From sequence record SRR31156797_3530: 53,929 nt of DNA; one strand, written 5' to 3'. Under the pieces are notes generated by a model, which was given only the letters and a program-made list of their open reading frames with translations, made no database searches and had not been told where the DNA came from. Shown in pieces: positions 41,196 through 52,119 of the stretch; within the stretch, counting starts at the first letter, position 1, and every line of letters begins with the position of its first letter. The position numbers and the translations under genes are program-made.

Positions 41196-42470
41196 TTATG
41201 GCATATACCATTCGTAAATGTATTTAGCACCATAGTCGACTTCACATAAAGATTCAAAAAACAAAAAGTATTTATCATAATCAGAATCATATCCCACTTC
41301 AATAGAATATACCCAGGTATATTCTTCATCTGTTTCGTACATCATTTGATTCTCAACATACCAAGTTTCAGCCATGTCCCATGCATATGGAGTCCCATCT
41401 GCATCTTCATAGTATGATGAATATGTAGTAGTACCGTCAGCATTATATACCTGTATTACATCATAATTATATAGCCCTTCCCTAGGAGTATAATATATCA
41501 GCTTCCAAGCACCATCGCAAATAAATCCACTAATGTCTTCATCAGACTGAGCCTCTCCATGAGGTATATAGACCTCTAGATACCCTTCATCAGAGCTATA
41601 ATCAACATATGTACTATCGTCTAGACCGCTTGATGAATCTACATCAGAGTCTGGAATATTTGCTTGATATATATCGTATGAGGATTTGACAAATGTAACA
41701 GCTGTTTCGCCATCATCTATCGTCATATAAATTAAGCTGTCATTATAAACAAAATCTATATCAAAAATATAAGTCTTTCCGTCTTCTGTAAAACTGATAG
41801 AATCACTATCCACGCATTCAAACTCAACTGTATAATCTGCAGTTGCAAAACCTGAATAATTAGTTAGTGTATAATCAAATATTTCTATTGCTATATCCCA
41901 GTATTCATATTCTTCATCATCAATAGCTACAGCAATCCAAAACCCCTGCATCTCCTGCAGCAATGACAATTGATCATTTGATTCAGAAGTGTCTTGAGTA
42001 GAATCCTGTGTTTGTTGAGGTATTGGAGTACTTTCGAGAATTGATTCAGGAGTGTCTTCTGCTATAGTTGTCTCATCCACAAATTCTATCTCTACATCGA
42101 CCGTTGTTTCGAAAACCTTTTCCTCATATTTGCCGCTGGCTTCCTCTACCTCAACTTCGAATACAAAATCGTCAATTCTTCCTTCTGCAGTATACTCATC
42201 TCTGCTTTCTTCCTGCTCCACAGCAATACCTTCATCTTCAAAAAAATCCATGTAGAATTCAATTACATCATCTATATCGTCCGTTGTGCCATAGGAGACT
42301 GTAACTTCATTTTTATGCGAATCAGATTCATAAACAACTGCATCATCATATATAGGTAATTCCTTTTTAGGATAGTCTCTGTCAACTCTAATACCATCAC
42401 GATACTGACTTGGTACACACCCTGTTAAAAATAATGATAAAACTACGATAAATAATAATATTTTTTTCAT
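41196..42470 (-). CDS. Very acidic hypothetical lipoprotein
   Basis: GGAGG RBS; MKKILLFIVVLSLFLTGC lipobox; D/E-rich; minus-strand terminator near 41061-41085. Confidence 0.75.
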   Translation of the reverse strand: MKKILLFIVVLSLFLTGCVPSQYRDGIRVDRDYPKKELPIYDDAVVYESDSHKNEVTVSYGTTDDIDDVIEFYMDFFEDEGIAVEQEESRDEYTAEGRIDDFVFEVEVEEASGKYEEKVFETTVDVEIEFVDETTIAEDTPESILESTPIPQQTQDSTQDTSESNDQLSLLQEMQGFWIAVAIDDEEYEYWDIAIEIFDYTLTNYSGFATADYTVEFECVDSDSISFTEDGKTYIFDIDFVYNDSLIYMTIDDGETAVTFVKSSYDIYQANIPDSDVDSSSGLDDSTYVDYSSDEGYLEVYIPHGEAQSDEDISGFICDGAWKLIYYTPREGLYNYDVIQVYNADGTTTYSSYYEDADGTPYAWDMAETWYVENQMMYETDEEYTWVYSIEVGYDSDYDKYFLFFESLCEVDYGAKYIYEWYMP

Positions 42471-42606
42471 CTTCATCCTCCATATTATTATTGTACCATA
42501 TAATAAATTAATATGATACAATACATAACAATGTCGGTTATACTATAAAGAGCAGTACAATAGCACTGCTCCAATACAAAAATTCGTTTAACTATATTAT
42601 ATTAAT

Positions 42607-44184
42607 TTATATTAATGGCAGCCTAATACCAAAGAGTACTCCACCATCTGTATTTCGAACATAATACTCCCCATCATGAAGCTCAATAATGCTCTTTGTA
42701 ATAGACAAACCAAGTCCGGCACCCTTTTCATTTTCACCTTTAGTAAAAGGCTCCCATATATGCATTAAATCATCTTTGGATATGCTCTTACCTTCATTAT
42801 AGACTTTTATATGAAGCATATCATTTTCATTTTTAGCAGAGTATTTTATCTTTTTTCCAGCCGATGTATGCTTTACAGCATTAGTCAGCAGATTGCTTAC
42901 AGCCTGTTCTATCCTCATAATATCGGCATCAACTATCATTTTTTCAGCAAAAATGTCTACATCGAATATAATATCCTCACTGATTAATTCACCAAACTTA
43001 TCACCAATATCCTTTAAGATATCCTGAAGATCTACTTCCTCTTTAAACACCTTGAAATTGCCAGACTCTAATTGAGATATATCAAGCAAATCATTAATTA
43101 TATGCACCATTTTGCCGCATTCTTTCTCAATAGTTACGAGATACAGCTCTCTCTCCTCTTTTGTTTCCGCGACATCATCCTGAAGAGCTTCTACATAATT
43201 TGATACAACTGCAACTGGAGTCTTAAGTTCATGAGATACTTGTGCAATAAAACGCTTACGAAGTTTATCAGTTCGCTTTTCTTTATCAAGTTCTCCTTTT
43301 AATCTATTAATTGTTATACCAAGCCTGTCCATCATGTGATTTAATGAGCGCCCAAGGTTGCCAATCTCATCTCCTCTGTCACCACTGTATTGAGCACTAA
43401 AGTCCAAATCTTCCATTCGCTTTGCCAGAGCTTGGAGTTCCTTCAGAGGCTTAGTCAGAATTTTTGTCATTATAACAGAAAATACAATAGCAACCACACA
43501 GCCAAAGAGCATTATGTAATAATACATTCTCGTAATCATTTCTAGAGAACGCATAAACTCAGTTATATTGAGCTTAACAGTCAGATTATATTCGTTGTCT
43601 ACATTAAGCACCTTTGTCTTTGATATCCACCGATTATCCTGAATTGAGTTTTTGGGCAAGAATAATTCCTTAAAATTGTTCTCTTCCATCTTACGCCCAG
43701 GGTTTTTTAAGGCTTCAGCATACCACTCAGGAGTTTCATAGATAACATTTCCGTCCATATCAGTCAACTCAATAACGGCCGACTTACTCATGGCAATAGC
43801 ATCCAGTAGGTGATCAGCTTGCAGAGTGACTTCATACACTTCCACATCGCCTCTTAATTGACTGAAAAGATATTTGTCAATAACTTCCATCTGTTCACTG
43901 CTTAGTCCAGGACTAAATATACTAAAAGGTGTTTTTTCGTTACCATCAACAACGAGTATTGACATCTCAGGATTTTCAGCAATTTCATCCAGATCAAGAT
44001 TATAGAAATAGATACAATCTAATATTGACTGTTCAATATCATCAACTACCTGTTTATAGTACAGCTGAGGTCCAACAACAGTCATAAAAATATATCCAAA
44101 CAAGGGCATAATATTTATAGCAATGAAAAGCCCTATCAGCATAGTCCTAGATATGGACTTCCTTACTATTTTTCTTTTTTTCAT
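42607..44184 (-). CDS. HAMP-domain sensor histidine kinase
   Basis: Two TMs, HAMP (DEIG.L...LN.M), SHELKTP, NLLTNAVKH and GAGLGL. Confidence 0.92.
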   Translation of the reverse strand: MKKRKIVRKSISRTMLIGLFIAINIMPLFGYIFMTVVGPQLYYKQVVDDIEQSILDCIYFYNLDLDEIAENPEMSILVVDGNEKTPFSIFSPGLSSEQMEVIDKYLFSQLRGDVEVYEVTLQADHLLDAIAMSKSAVIELTDMDGNVIYETPEWYAEALKNPGRKMEENNFKELFLPKNSIQDNRWISKTKVLNVDNEYNLTVKLNITEFMRSLEMITRMYYYIMLFGCVVAIVFSVIMTKILTKPLKELQALAKRMEDLDFSAQYSGDRGDEIGNLGRSLNHMMDRLGITINRLKGELDKEKRTDKLRKRFIAQVSHELKTPVAVVSNYVEALQDDVAETKEERELYLVTIEKECGKMVHIINDLLDISQLESGNFKVFKEEVDLQDILKDIGDKFGELISEDIIFDVDIFAEKMIVDADIMRIEQAVSNLLTNAVKHTSAGKKIKYSAKNENDMLHIKVYNEGKSISKDDLMHIWEPFTKGENEKGAGLGLSITKSIIELHDGEYYVRNTDGGVLFGIRLPLI

Positions 44185-44855
44185 ACTTCAAACCTATATC
44201 CTAAGGAACGCACCGTTTGAATGTATTTACCAGCACTTTTCAGCTTGCGTCTTAATCTCTGTACGAATGTATCTACAGCTCTTTCATCGCAGTCATAATC
44301 GTAGCCCCATACTCTCTCAAGTATCATCATTCGGCTTAAAGCCTGTGATTTATTATCGGTAAGATATAAGAGTAAATCATATTCTCTTGGTGTCAAATCG
44401 ATAATTTCATCCTCAACTGATACTATTCTTGCAGAAGTATCAATATAAAGACAGCCTAGATTCTGTTTCTTATCCACTGCATCTAAATTTTTCTTTTTTA
44501 ATACACTCTTTACCCTAACCATAAGTTCTTTCATAGAAAACGGTTTTGGCACATACTGGTCAGCACCTGCTTCAAACCCTTCTATTTTGTCCTCTGTTGC
44601 AGAACGAGCTGTAAGCATAATAATAGCTGTATTCTGATTATTTTTTTTTATCTTCCTGCACACTTGGAATCCGTCATAAAACGGCATCATAATATCAAGT
44701 ATTGCTAAGTCTATATTCTCATTTTCGATAATCTCAATTGCTTCCTTACCGTCTTTTGCCTCAACTGGAGCATAGCCTTCCCTTTTCAGATATTTTACGA
44801 CCATCTGGCGCAGGGTGCTCTCATCTTCAGCTATCAATACCTTTACTTCATACAT
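44181..44855 (-). CDS. OmpR/PhoB-family response regulator
   Basis: AEDE, LDIMMP, LTA, GADQYVPKPF, LTPREY and IQTVRSLGY. Confidence 0.95.
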   Translation of the reverse strand: MYEVKVLIAEDESTLRQMVVKYLKREGYAPVEAKDGKEAIEIIENENIDLAILDIMMPFYDGFQVCRKIKKNNQNTAIIMLTARSATEDKIEGFEAGADQYVPKPFSMKELMVRVKSVLKKKNLDAVDKKQNLGCLYIDTSARIVSVEDEIIDLTPREYDLLLYLTDNKSQALSRMMILERVWGYDYDCDERAVDTFVQRLRRKLKSAGKYIQTVRSLGYRFEV

Positions 44856-44903
44856 AGTGATTTTACCCCGATTTGCTTAGTTATTATAGGTATAATACAC
44901 TTT

Positions 44904-44936
44904 TATTATGTCAATATTATTTCAATATGATTTAAA
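44904..44936 (-). promoter_or_regulatory. Three 11-bp direct repeats upstream of the response regulator
   Basis: Minus strand TTTAAATCATA-TTGAAATAATA-TTGACATAATA. Confidence 0.55.
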
Positions 44937-45027
44937 TTCTATTATTTCTTTCATCCAATAGTGAATAGAGCAATAATTTAATGCAACACATCTTGACACC
45001 AGAAAAAATACAATATAAAATTACATC

Positions 45028-46065
45028 ATGCAAAAAATTAAGAAAATATCCCTAGTCTTAGTACTAATAATTATATTTATCTCTTTTACAGGGTGCATTG
45101 ACGGCGAACTTGATGTGTCCCGTCTTATGGAGAAACCACTGGAATACAATGTTCCTCAAATCAAAAACATTGACGAAGACGATTGGGGACCTGACCCAGA
45201 AGTACTACCTGAGTACGAAGGCTGGTATATAGATATCAATCCAGTTCTGGGCGATAAGCTTCGCATTGTAGATGTAGAAATAATTCCGCAGCTCATTATG
45301 GAAGCATACAAAGATAAAAACAATGTCATTAACGAAGATTATAAACAGGATTTTGATAATACATTCAGAATATTTAACGCAGAGGATGAACTGGAACTTC
45401 AGTTAGAAGTTGCATCCGACGGCACATTGTATGCAAGAGTTGACAAAAAAAGCTCTGTTTTTAGAATACCAGATTATGCCTATTATGCTATTGAAGCAAG
45501 TCTCTGGAGTATCGGTGATGCTGATGCCGAAATGTCAGAAACTGCATGTTCTTTGATACCTCCTCTATCCGATTGGGCGCCATCTATGGGAACAGGTCCT
45601 ATCGAACTGCGATTGGAACACGATTTAAAGACTTTGGTATATCAGATGTACGGGTATTCAGAGGCTGTTTTTATCACTTACAAGATTTACTCAGATGTAG
45701 AACTAGACAGACAATACAAAATGTATATGCTTCTTGCCTTTGAGGGATATGAATTTATTGAAGATGAAGACGAAACGGTATTCATTCCAAGATACAGGGA
45801 GATAATCCCTGCACAGGTGGTCTATTCATGGGTAGAGGGTGAATTCTGGTATGTTTCTGATTTGAAATTTGCAGAATATAAGGAAGGTTCTTCAACGAAA
45901 TTTCTGCAAGCAGATATACGAACAATTCTACCTTATCTAGATACTCAAACCGCTATAGAAGATTTGGATGATACTCATGTATTTGAAAGCGAACTGCAAA
46001 GGCTAGCTCTTAATTACCTTACTTCAAACGGTTATTATGGTATTGATGTAGAAGAGCGTAAATAA
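45028..46065 (+). CDS. Acidic hypothetical lipoprotein (probably leaderless mRNA)
   Basis: Signal peptide with FTGC lipobox; TTGACA-N17-TAAAAT ends 6 nt before the ATG. Confidence 0.75.
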   Translation: MQKIKKISLVLVLIIIFISFTGCIDGELDVSRLMEKPLEYNVPQIKNIDEDDWGPDPEVLPEYEGWYIDINPVLGDKLRIVDVEIIPQLIMEAYKDKNNVINEDYKQDFDNTFRIFNAEDELELQLEVASDGTLYARVDKKSSVFRIPDYAYYAIEASLWSIGDADAEMSETACSLIPPLSDWAPSMGTGPIELRLEHDLKTLVYQMYGYSEAVFITYKIYSDVELDRQYKMYMLLAFEGYEFIEDEDETVFIPRYREIIPAQVVYSWVEGEFWYVSDLKFAEYKEGSSTKFLQADIRTILPYLDTQTAIEDLDDTHVFESELQRLALNYLTSNGYYGIDVEERK

Positions 46066-46087
46066 GCAAAACTAATATATTTATATA

Positions 46088-46300
46088 TCAAACAAAGGCA
46101 CCGCATATACGCAGTGCCTTTGCTGATTGGAAGAACCATCAACCTAATTGTATTGTATGAAGAATAGGAGTAAAGAGAAAATGAAAGTTTTTATTTCTAC
46201 AAAATTAGTCGATTTCTTATTAATCACCAATTAAGGTATACATAGTTTTATTAAAGTTAATCATTAGTAATTTATTACTTGATTATAATGCAAAAACTGT
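46088..46300 (-). ncRNA. Candidate small RNA
   Basis: Strand-specific terminator (46093-46122), CU-rich tract and upstream promoter-like motifs, with no minus-strand ORF to explain them. Confidence 0.4.
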
Positions 46301-46720
46301 ACTAGCAACTATTGCTATGATTATGCCAAGATCAAATTTATTAAGCTTTACATATATCATAGCAACTGTCCTTTCCATACCCTTATAATTACTGTAAAGC
46401 TTTCATCATTAATCAATGTCCATCTTACAATAATTATTTGACCATGCGTATCTGTGAAGAGGTTGTATTTTAATCATCCTATTATCTATAAATAACGCTT
46501 GAAGTTGAGTATTTATATACTTAATATTTACATAACAATTACTACTTACATATATATTATACTTCATTTAAATATTACTTAAGCAACTTTATAAGTAATA
46601 CTAACAATTATAAATAAAAAGTACACTAATAACTGTCTTTACAGATATTGACTTTTTTTTATACGATTTTTAGTGTTATATCTTTAGAATACCAAAAAAA
46701 TACTCTTCTTATTAACTATA

Positions 46721-46780
46721 TTGACAATCAAAGGAATTAATTGTATAATTTAATTAGCACTCATCTCCTGGGAGTGCTAA
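46721..46780 (+). promoter_or_regulatory. sigmaA promoter and CIRCE upstream of clpB
   Basis: TTGACA-N17-TATAAT; perfect TTAGCACTC-N9-GAGTGCTAA at 46754-46780. Confidence 0.95.
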
Positions 46781-46798
46781 TAATTCAAGGAGGTAAAC

Positions 46799-49387
46799 AT
46801 GAATACTGAAAAATATACAATCAAAACCACTGAAGCCATAAGCATTGCCCAAAAGATGGCTATAAAAAACAATCACCAAACTATAGATTCTGTCCATCTC
46901 CACTATGGAATACTAGCTGTCGAGGATTCGCTTATTCTAAAGGTCTTAGCATATATGAAAGTGAACTTAAAAGCATATATAGACAAACTTGAAAACCATA
47001 TAGAAAGCTTACCATCTATCACAGGTGGCAGCAACGAATTATATGCATCAAGATCACTAAATAAAATGCTAATTGATGCAGAGGATATAGCAAAGTCTTT
47101 CAAAGATGAATATATTAGTCTTGAACATTTGTATCTAGCACTTTTAAAAGAAAAAAATACATTTTCTTCAGAACTTATTAAATCGTTCAATATTGACAAG
47201 GAAGGCTTCCTTCAGGCACTAAAGAAGCTTCGTGAAGACAACAGAGTCACCAGCAACAATCCAGAAGCAGGATATGAAGCTCTTACGAAGTACGGACGTG
47301 ATTTAGTTGAATATGCCAGAAGTGGTAAGCTGGATCCGGTAATAGGACGTGATAGCGAAATACGGCGTGCAGTGCGTATACTTTCCAGACGCACAAAGAA
47401 CAATCCAGTTCTAATCGGTGAACCAGGCGTAGGTAAAACTGCGGTAGTAGAAGGTCTTGCGCAGAGAATACTAAATGGTGATGTGCCAGAAGGTCTCAAA
47501 AACACGAAAGTTTTTGCTCTGGATATGGGTGCATTAATTGCTGGCGCAAAGTACAGGGGCGAATTCGAAGAACGCTTAAAGGCTGTACTTAACGAAGTTC
47601 ATCAGTCAAAAGGTGAAATAATACTATTTATCGACGAACTGCACACCATAGTAGGAGCCGGCAAGACAGACGGCGCAATGGATGCAGGTAACATACTAAA
47701 GCCAATGCTGGCACGCGGTGAGCTTCGCTGCATTGGAGCAACAACATTAGATGAATACAGACAATACATAGAAAAAGATGCTGCACTAGAGCGAAGATTC
47801 CAGCCTATATTGGTTGAACAGCCTACGGTAGAGGATACAATATCTATCCTGCGTGGACTGAAAGAGAGATTTGAAATTCATCACGGGGTTAGAATAACAG
47901 ACAACGCTTTAGTTGCCTGCGCCGTACTAAGCCACAGATACATAAGCGATAGATTTCTGCCTGACAAAGCAATTGACTTGATGGATGAAGCCGCCGCTTT
48001 AATCAGGACAGAAATTGACTCCATGCCCAGCGAACTAGACGAAGTAACTCGTAAGCTGATGCAGCTGGAGATTGAAAAACAAGCTTTAAGAAAAGAAAAA
48101 GACAAAGCTTCAAAAGAAAGACTTGCTGATTTAGAAAAGGAAATCAGTGAAATCAAAGAGAATGCAGATGCAATGAAGGCACAGTGGGAACTGGAAAAAT
48201 CCGAAATGAACAAAGAAAAACAAATCAAGCAGGAAATAGAAAACATTAAGCTGCAGATTGAAGAAGCCCAGCGAGCATATGATTTGGAAAGATTAGCTGT
48301 TCTCCAGCACGGTACATTACCAAAGCTGGAAAAGGAATTAGAGGATGAACTCCAGCGGACAAAAGACAGAGAGCATACAATGCTAAAGGAGGAAGTCACA
48401 GAGGAAGAAATCGCTGAGATTGTATCCAAGTGGACTAATATCCCTGTAAGTAAACTCAACGAATCAGAAAAGGATAAACTGCTGAATTTATCAAATATTC
48501 TGCACAGGAGAGTTATCGGTCAGGATGAAGCAATTGATGCTGTATCCGATGCAGTTATCAGAGCCAGAGCCGGATTAAAAGACCAAGGTAAACCCATGGG
48601 TTCATTCCTATTCTTAGGACCAACCGGCGTAGGTAAAACCGAGCTGGCAAAGTCTCTCGCAGAAGCTCTATTTGACAGCGAAGAGAATATGGTTCGAATT
48701 GATATGAGTGAATATATGGAACGTCATGCTGTAGCAAGGCTAATTGGAGCTCCTCCGGGATATGTTGGATATGAAGAAGGCGGACAATTAACAGAAGCTG
48801 TACGCAGAAAACCTTATGCTGTAATATTATTTGACGAAGTGGAAAAAGCTCATCCTGAGGTATTTAACGTCTTACTTCAACTACTGGATGACGGCAGACT
48901 TACCGATTCCAAAGGCAGGGTGGTGAATTTCAAAAATACAGTTATCATCCTTACATCCAATATCGGAAGCCAGATGCTACTAAAAGGTATTACTCCAAAT
49001 GGTGAAATAGAACAAAGTGTACGAGATGAAATAGAAACACTTCTAGGACAACACTTCAAACCAGAGTTTCTCAACAGATTGGATGATATTGTAATGTTTA
49101 AGCCACTAACTCGTGAACAGTTAGGCGCAATTATTGAAATAGCACTTAAGGATATTAATAAACGACTATCAGAGCGAAGGATTTACCTATCAACAACCAG
49201 TGATGCAAAGGACTTCATCTCTAAAGAAAGCTACAACCCAATGTTCGGAGCTCGTCCAATGAAGCGCTATCTACAAAAATATGTAGAAACCCAACTAGGT
49301 CGTGCTTTACTAAAAGGCGACGTAGGAGATGACGATAAGGTCGAGATTTATGTTTCTGAATCAGGACTAGCATTTCGAGTTCTTTAA
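46799..49387 (+). CDS. clpB: ATP-dependent disaggregase ClpB
   Basis: Two Walker A motifs ([16 protein letters not shown]), long coiled-coil M domain, GYVGY. Confidence 0.97.
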   Translation: MNTEKYTIKTTEAISIAQKMAIKNNHQTIDSVHLHYGILAVEDSLILKVLAYMKVNLKAYIDKLENHIESLPSITGGSNELYASRSLNKMLIDAEDIAKSFKDEYISLEHLYLALLKEKNTFSSELIKSFNIDKEGFLQALKKLREDNRVTSNNPEAGYEALTKYGRDLVEYARSGKLDPVIGRDSEIRRAVRILSRRTKNNPVLIGEPGVGKTAVVEGLAQRILNGDVPEGLKNTKVFALDMGALIAGAKYRGEFEERLKAVLNEVHQSKGEIILFIDELHTIVGAGKTDGAMDAGNILKPMLARGELRCIGATTLDEYRQYIEKDAALERRFQPILVEQPTVEDTISILRGLKERFEIHHGVRITDNALVACAVLSHRYISDRFLPDKAIDLMDEAAALIRTEIDSMPSELDEVTRKLMQLEIEKQALRKEKDKASKERLADLEKEISEIKENADAMKAQWELEKSEMNKEKQIKQEIENIKLQIEEAQRAYDLERLAVLQHGTLPKLEKELEDELQRTKDREHTMLKEEVTEEEIAEIVSKWTNIPVSKLNESEKDKLLNLSNILHRRVIGQDEAIDAVSDAVIRARAGLKDQGKPMGSFLFLGPTGVGKTELAKSLAEALFDSEENMVRIDMSEYMERHAVARLIGAPPGYVGYEEGGQLTEAVRRKPYAVILFDEVEKAHPEVFNVLLQLLDDGRLTDSKGRVVNFKNTVIILTSNIGSQMLLKGITPNGEIEQSVRDEIETLLGQHFKPEFLNRLDDIVMFKPLTREQLGAIIEIALKDINKRLSERRIYLSTTSDAKDFISKESYNPMFGARPMKRYLQKYVETQLGRALLKGDVGDDDKVEIYVSESGLAFRVL

Positions 49388-49402
49388 CTCTTAAAACAAA
49401 CT

Positions 49403-49439
49403 AAGTGCACATTGTAGTATTATAATGTGCACTTTTATT
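49403..49439 (+). terminator. Terminator of clpB
   Basis: AAGTGCACATTGTA-GTAT-TATAATGTGCACTT followed by TTATT. Confidence 0.75.
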
Positions 49440-49517
49440 ACATAGATTATAGATCGTAAAACCTTTTCATACATTTACGTTTGTGCTATAATACATGAAA
49501 AACATTTTAGGATTATA

Positions 49518-50399
49518 ATGCCCAGCAAGAAAGCAGAATTAATTGAGCGCACAATGCGCAGATTAGATTTAAAGAGAATAATGCAGTTAAGAGTACAAAG
49601 CTCTGCTAGAAAGAATTTCCATTACGAAGAGCCAACTCCTGGCTTTCGTATGAAGTACCCTGTAGATATTTATAAAATCGACGGCTGCAAGTGTGTGTAC
49701 ACATCATCTGCCAAAGAAAATGCCAAATATCATATTATGTATTTTCACGGAGGCTCATATACTATGCCTGCTATGCGCACCCATTGGCATATCATCGATA
49801 GTATATTATCACGTACGAAGGCAGAGCTTACCTTCGTAAATTATCCTCTTTCGCCTGAATACAAATGCGATTACACCATACAAGTAGCTTACAAAGCATA
49901 TAAAAACATATCAGAAAACTACAATAAAAGCATCATCATAATGGGTGATTCATCAGGCGGCGGTCTGGCTCTGGCTCTGGCACAATATGTAAACGAAATA
50001 AATTACACAGTTAAACCAAAAAAGTTAGTACTTCTATCTCCTTGGCTGGATGTGTCCATGGATAATAACATCAGCAAATCTCTGGAAGGCAGAGATCTGG
50101 TACTTGATATCGGAGCCTTAAAGAAACATGGAGAAAACTATGCTGGCAGTTTGGATACAAAAAACTACATGTGTTCTCCTCTGTACGGTAATTTGGATAA
50201 TCTTGGTGATGTAGCAGTTTTCATAGGCACAAATGATGTCTTGTACGCTCAATGTGAAATATTTAGGCAGAAAATGAAAGCTATGAAGTATCCTCTGTCA
50301 TATTATGAATATATAGATATGCACCATGTATGGATGGGCTACCCTATTCCAGAAGCCAAGGAAGCATTTGATCAAATAAGCGAATTTATTGCCCAATGA
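49518..50399 (+). CDS. Alpha/beta hydrolase (HSL-family esterase)
   Basis: HGGSY, GDSSGG, LSPWLD, D and HVW. Confidence 0.9.
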   Translation: MPSKKAELIERTMRRLDLKRIMQLRVQSSARKNFHYEEPTPGFRMKYPVDIYKIDGCKCVYTSSAKENAKYHIMYFHGGSYTMPAMRTHWHIIDSILSRTKAELTFVNYPLSPEYKCDYTIQVAYKAYKNISENYNKSIIIMGDSSGGGLALALAQYVNEINYTVKPKKLVLLSPWLDVSMDNNISKSLEGRDLVLDIGALKKHGENYAGSLDTKNYMCSPLYGNLDNLGDVAVFIGTNDVLYAQCEIFRQKMKAMKYPLSYYEYIDMHHVWMGYPIPEAKEAFDQISEFIAQ

Positions 50400-50457
50400 C
50401 AGCATAATACATTCTATAAAATTCTAAATATCATAGTCCTATTTTCTTATTACAATG

Positions 50458-50946
50458 TTATCTTTCGTCTTTTTCCATTTTTCTATATTCAGAAATAATA
50501 TACTGAGCTAAATAGTATAATTTGAAAAATTCGCATTGTTTAGTCCTCGCCATCTCTTCATCTCCCTCGTAATAATATACAGTATTTCTTGTCACACAAT
50601 AATAATTTACTTTATTTGCTTTTGGTAAAGGAAATTGTTTAGCAGGTACCATCTTACTCTGTAATACTTTTGATTCAAACACCAACCTTTTAGCAGTATC
50701 AGCCATTCGCACAGACCGCTGTCCACCACCTAAAAATCCACCGCCAGAGCTAAGATATATGCTTGCCGTCCCATCAGCAGACGCCATGACACTTACATAA
50801 GTATTTGATTGACTATATTCAACCAATACCCTGATTGGTTCATTGTCACTGAAATCACTATATGCTACATCATCACGTTCTATAGCTAAAACATTCTCCC
50901 TTAATCCCATATATGGATTAATATCTTTTTTGTTGAATAAGCTCAT
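50458..50946 (-). CDS. Hypothetical protein
   Basis: 162-aa ORF with a GAGGTG RBS and a DGTASIYLSSGGGFLGGG motif. Confidence 0.7.
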   Translation of the reverse strand: MSLFNKKDINPYMGLRENVLAIERDDVAYSDFSDNEPIRVLVEYSQSNTYVSVMASADGTASIYLSSGGGFLGGGQRSVRMADTAKRLVFESKVLQSKMVPAKQFPLPKANKVNYYCVTRNTVYYYEGDEEMARTKQCEFFKLYYLAQYIISEYRKMEKDER

Positions 50947-50979
50947 CTCTTCACCTCATATTTTTCTGTTTTTTTCATA

Positions 50980-52119
50980 TCAATACATAACCTTACCAAA
51001 AGTTTCTACTTTTTCCCTTATATCATCCTTGGAAATTATACTATTTTCACATAACCATATCTTGTCTTCAAACTTGCCTAATTTCTTATTTCTTATAAGC
51101 TCAATTCGTCCAACAAAATTTTCTCCATACAGAACTGGCAGCACATAGTGTCCAAATTTCCTCTGCGCTTTTGGCGTGTAAACCTCCCACTTATAATTAA
51201 AATCAAATAATTCACTTATTATACTTCTATCCCATAATAGATTATCAAGAGGGGCAAGAAATTCAATCCTTGGTGTTAACTTCTCTGATGAAGTTGCTCT
51301 CTCCATAATGTCCATATCATCTGCACAGTAGTAAAAAGGACTTGCAATACCTTCCACCTTAATCTCAGTTATCTTTTTTTCATCATGAAGATTCTTATAA
51401 ATCTCTGCTCTACTCTTAGCCTTTAGCCCTCTAATACCGATAAAAGCATAGCTTGCATTCAAGTGCAGCATACCAACGCTTTTTATTCGCCTTAGTACAT
51501 TCCAAGCCAATATCTCATGTTCATCATATCTGTTTTCTCTACACTTTTCCAGTATATCAGAGTCAATATGCCTTTCAGCTAAATCATAAAATTTCCTGGT
51601 ATTCTTCTTATGATGTATCACCAGATCGCCTCTATAATACAGAGTATCCAGTACAGCTCTAGCTAGAGTAGTAGGAGCCCATCCCCAGTCCACCTTATTA
51701 TTTAACTGTAAATCAGAGGAAGATACAGGCCCATGCTCCTCAATATAACCCATCACCTCATAAGCTACTTCATCTACTTCCTTTTTGCTTCTGGAGCTTT
51801 CCCTTGCTCTAACCCTCTGATATTCAAAATATGGCAAGTCTTTTATCAGACATATAGACATATTCTTGTCAAACCAATCAACAAGAACTCTGTCCTTGTA
51901 AAGCAATTCATGAACCATATTTTTACTGAAATCCTTTACTCTGGACTGCAAAACCAGTTCATGATTCTTACCGCAGACATCAATAGGGTCAAACTGGATA
52001 CACCCTGCCTGAGTTATATAGTCTACAATACCCTCTTTCCCATAGAATTTATACTCTCCTAGCAGTCCATGCTTAAGTAGTAAAAATCGTCTTGCTGTCT
52101 CTTTTACTATTTCTATCAT
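50980..52119 (-). CDS. ycaQ: YcaQ/AlkZ-family winged-helix DNA glycosylase (crosslink repair)
   Basis: IQFDPI (QxD), HELVLQSR, LAPLDNLLWDR and WEVYTPK..RKFGHYVLP. Confidence 0.85.
   Translation of the reverse strand: MIEIVKETARRFLLLKHGLLGEYKFYGKEGIVDYITQAGCIQFDPIDVCGKNHELVLQSRVKDFSKNMVHELLYKDRVLVDWFDKNMSICLIKDLPYFEYQRVRARESSRSKKEVDEVAYEVMGYIEEHGPVSSSDLQLNNKVDWGWAPTTLARAVLDTLYYRGDLVIHHKKNTRKFYDLAERHIDSDILEKCRENRYDEHEILAWNVLRRIKSVGMLHLNASYAFIGIRGLKAKSRAEIYKNLHDEKKITEIKVEGIASPFYYCADDMDIMERATSSEKLTPRIEFLAPLDNLLWDRSIISELFDFNYKWEVYTPKAQRKFGHYVLPVLYGENFVGRIELIRNKKLGKFEDKIWLCENSIISKDDIREKVETFGKVMY

Noticed and set aside
47881..48459. 192-aa minus-strand ORF and the many similar short overlapping ORFs in the track
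   Set aside because: Antisense or alternative-frame shadows of well-supported genes, with S/L/I-rich composition and no motifs.
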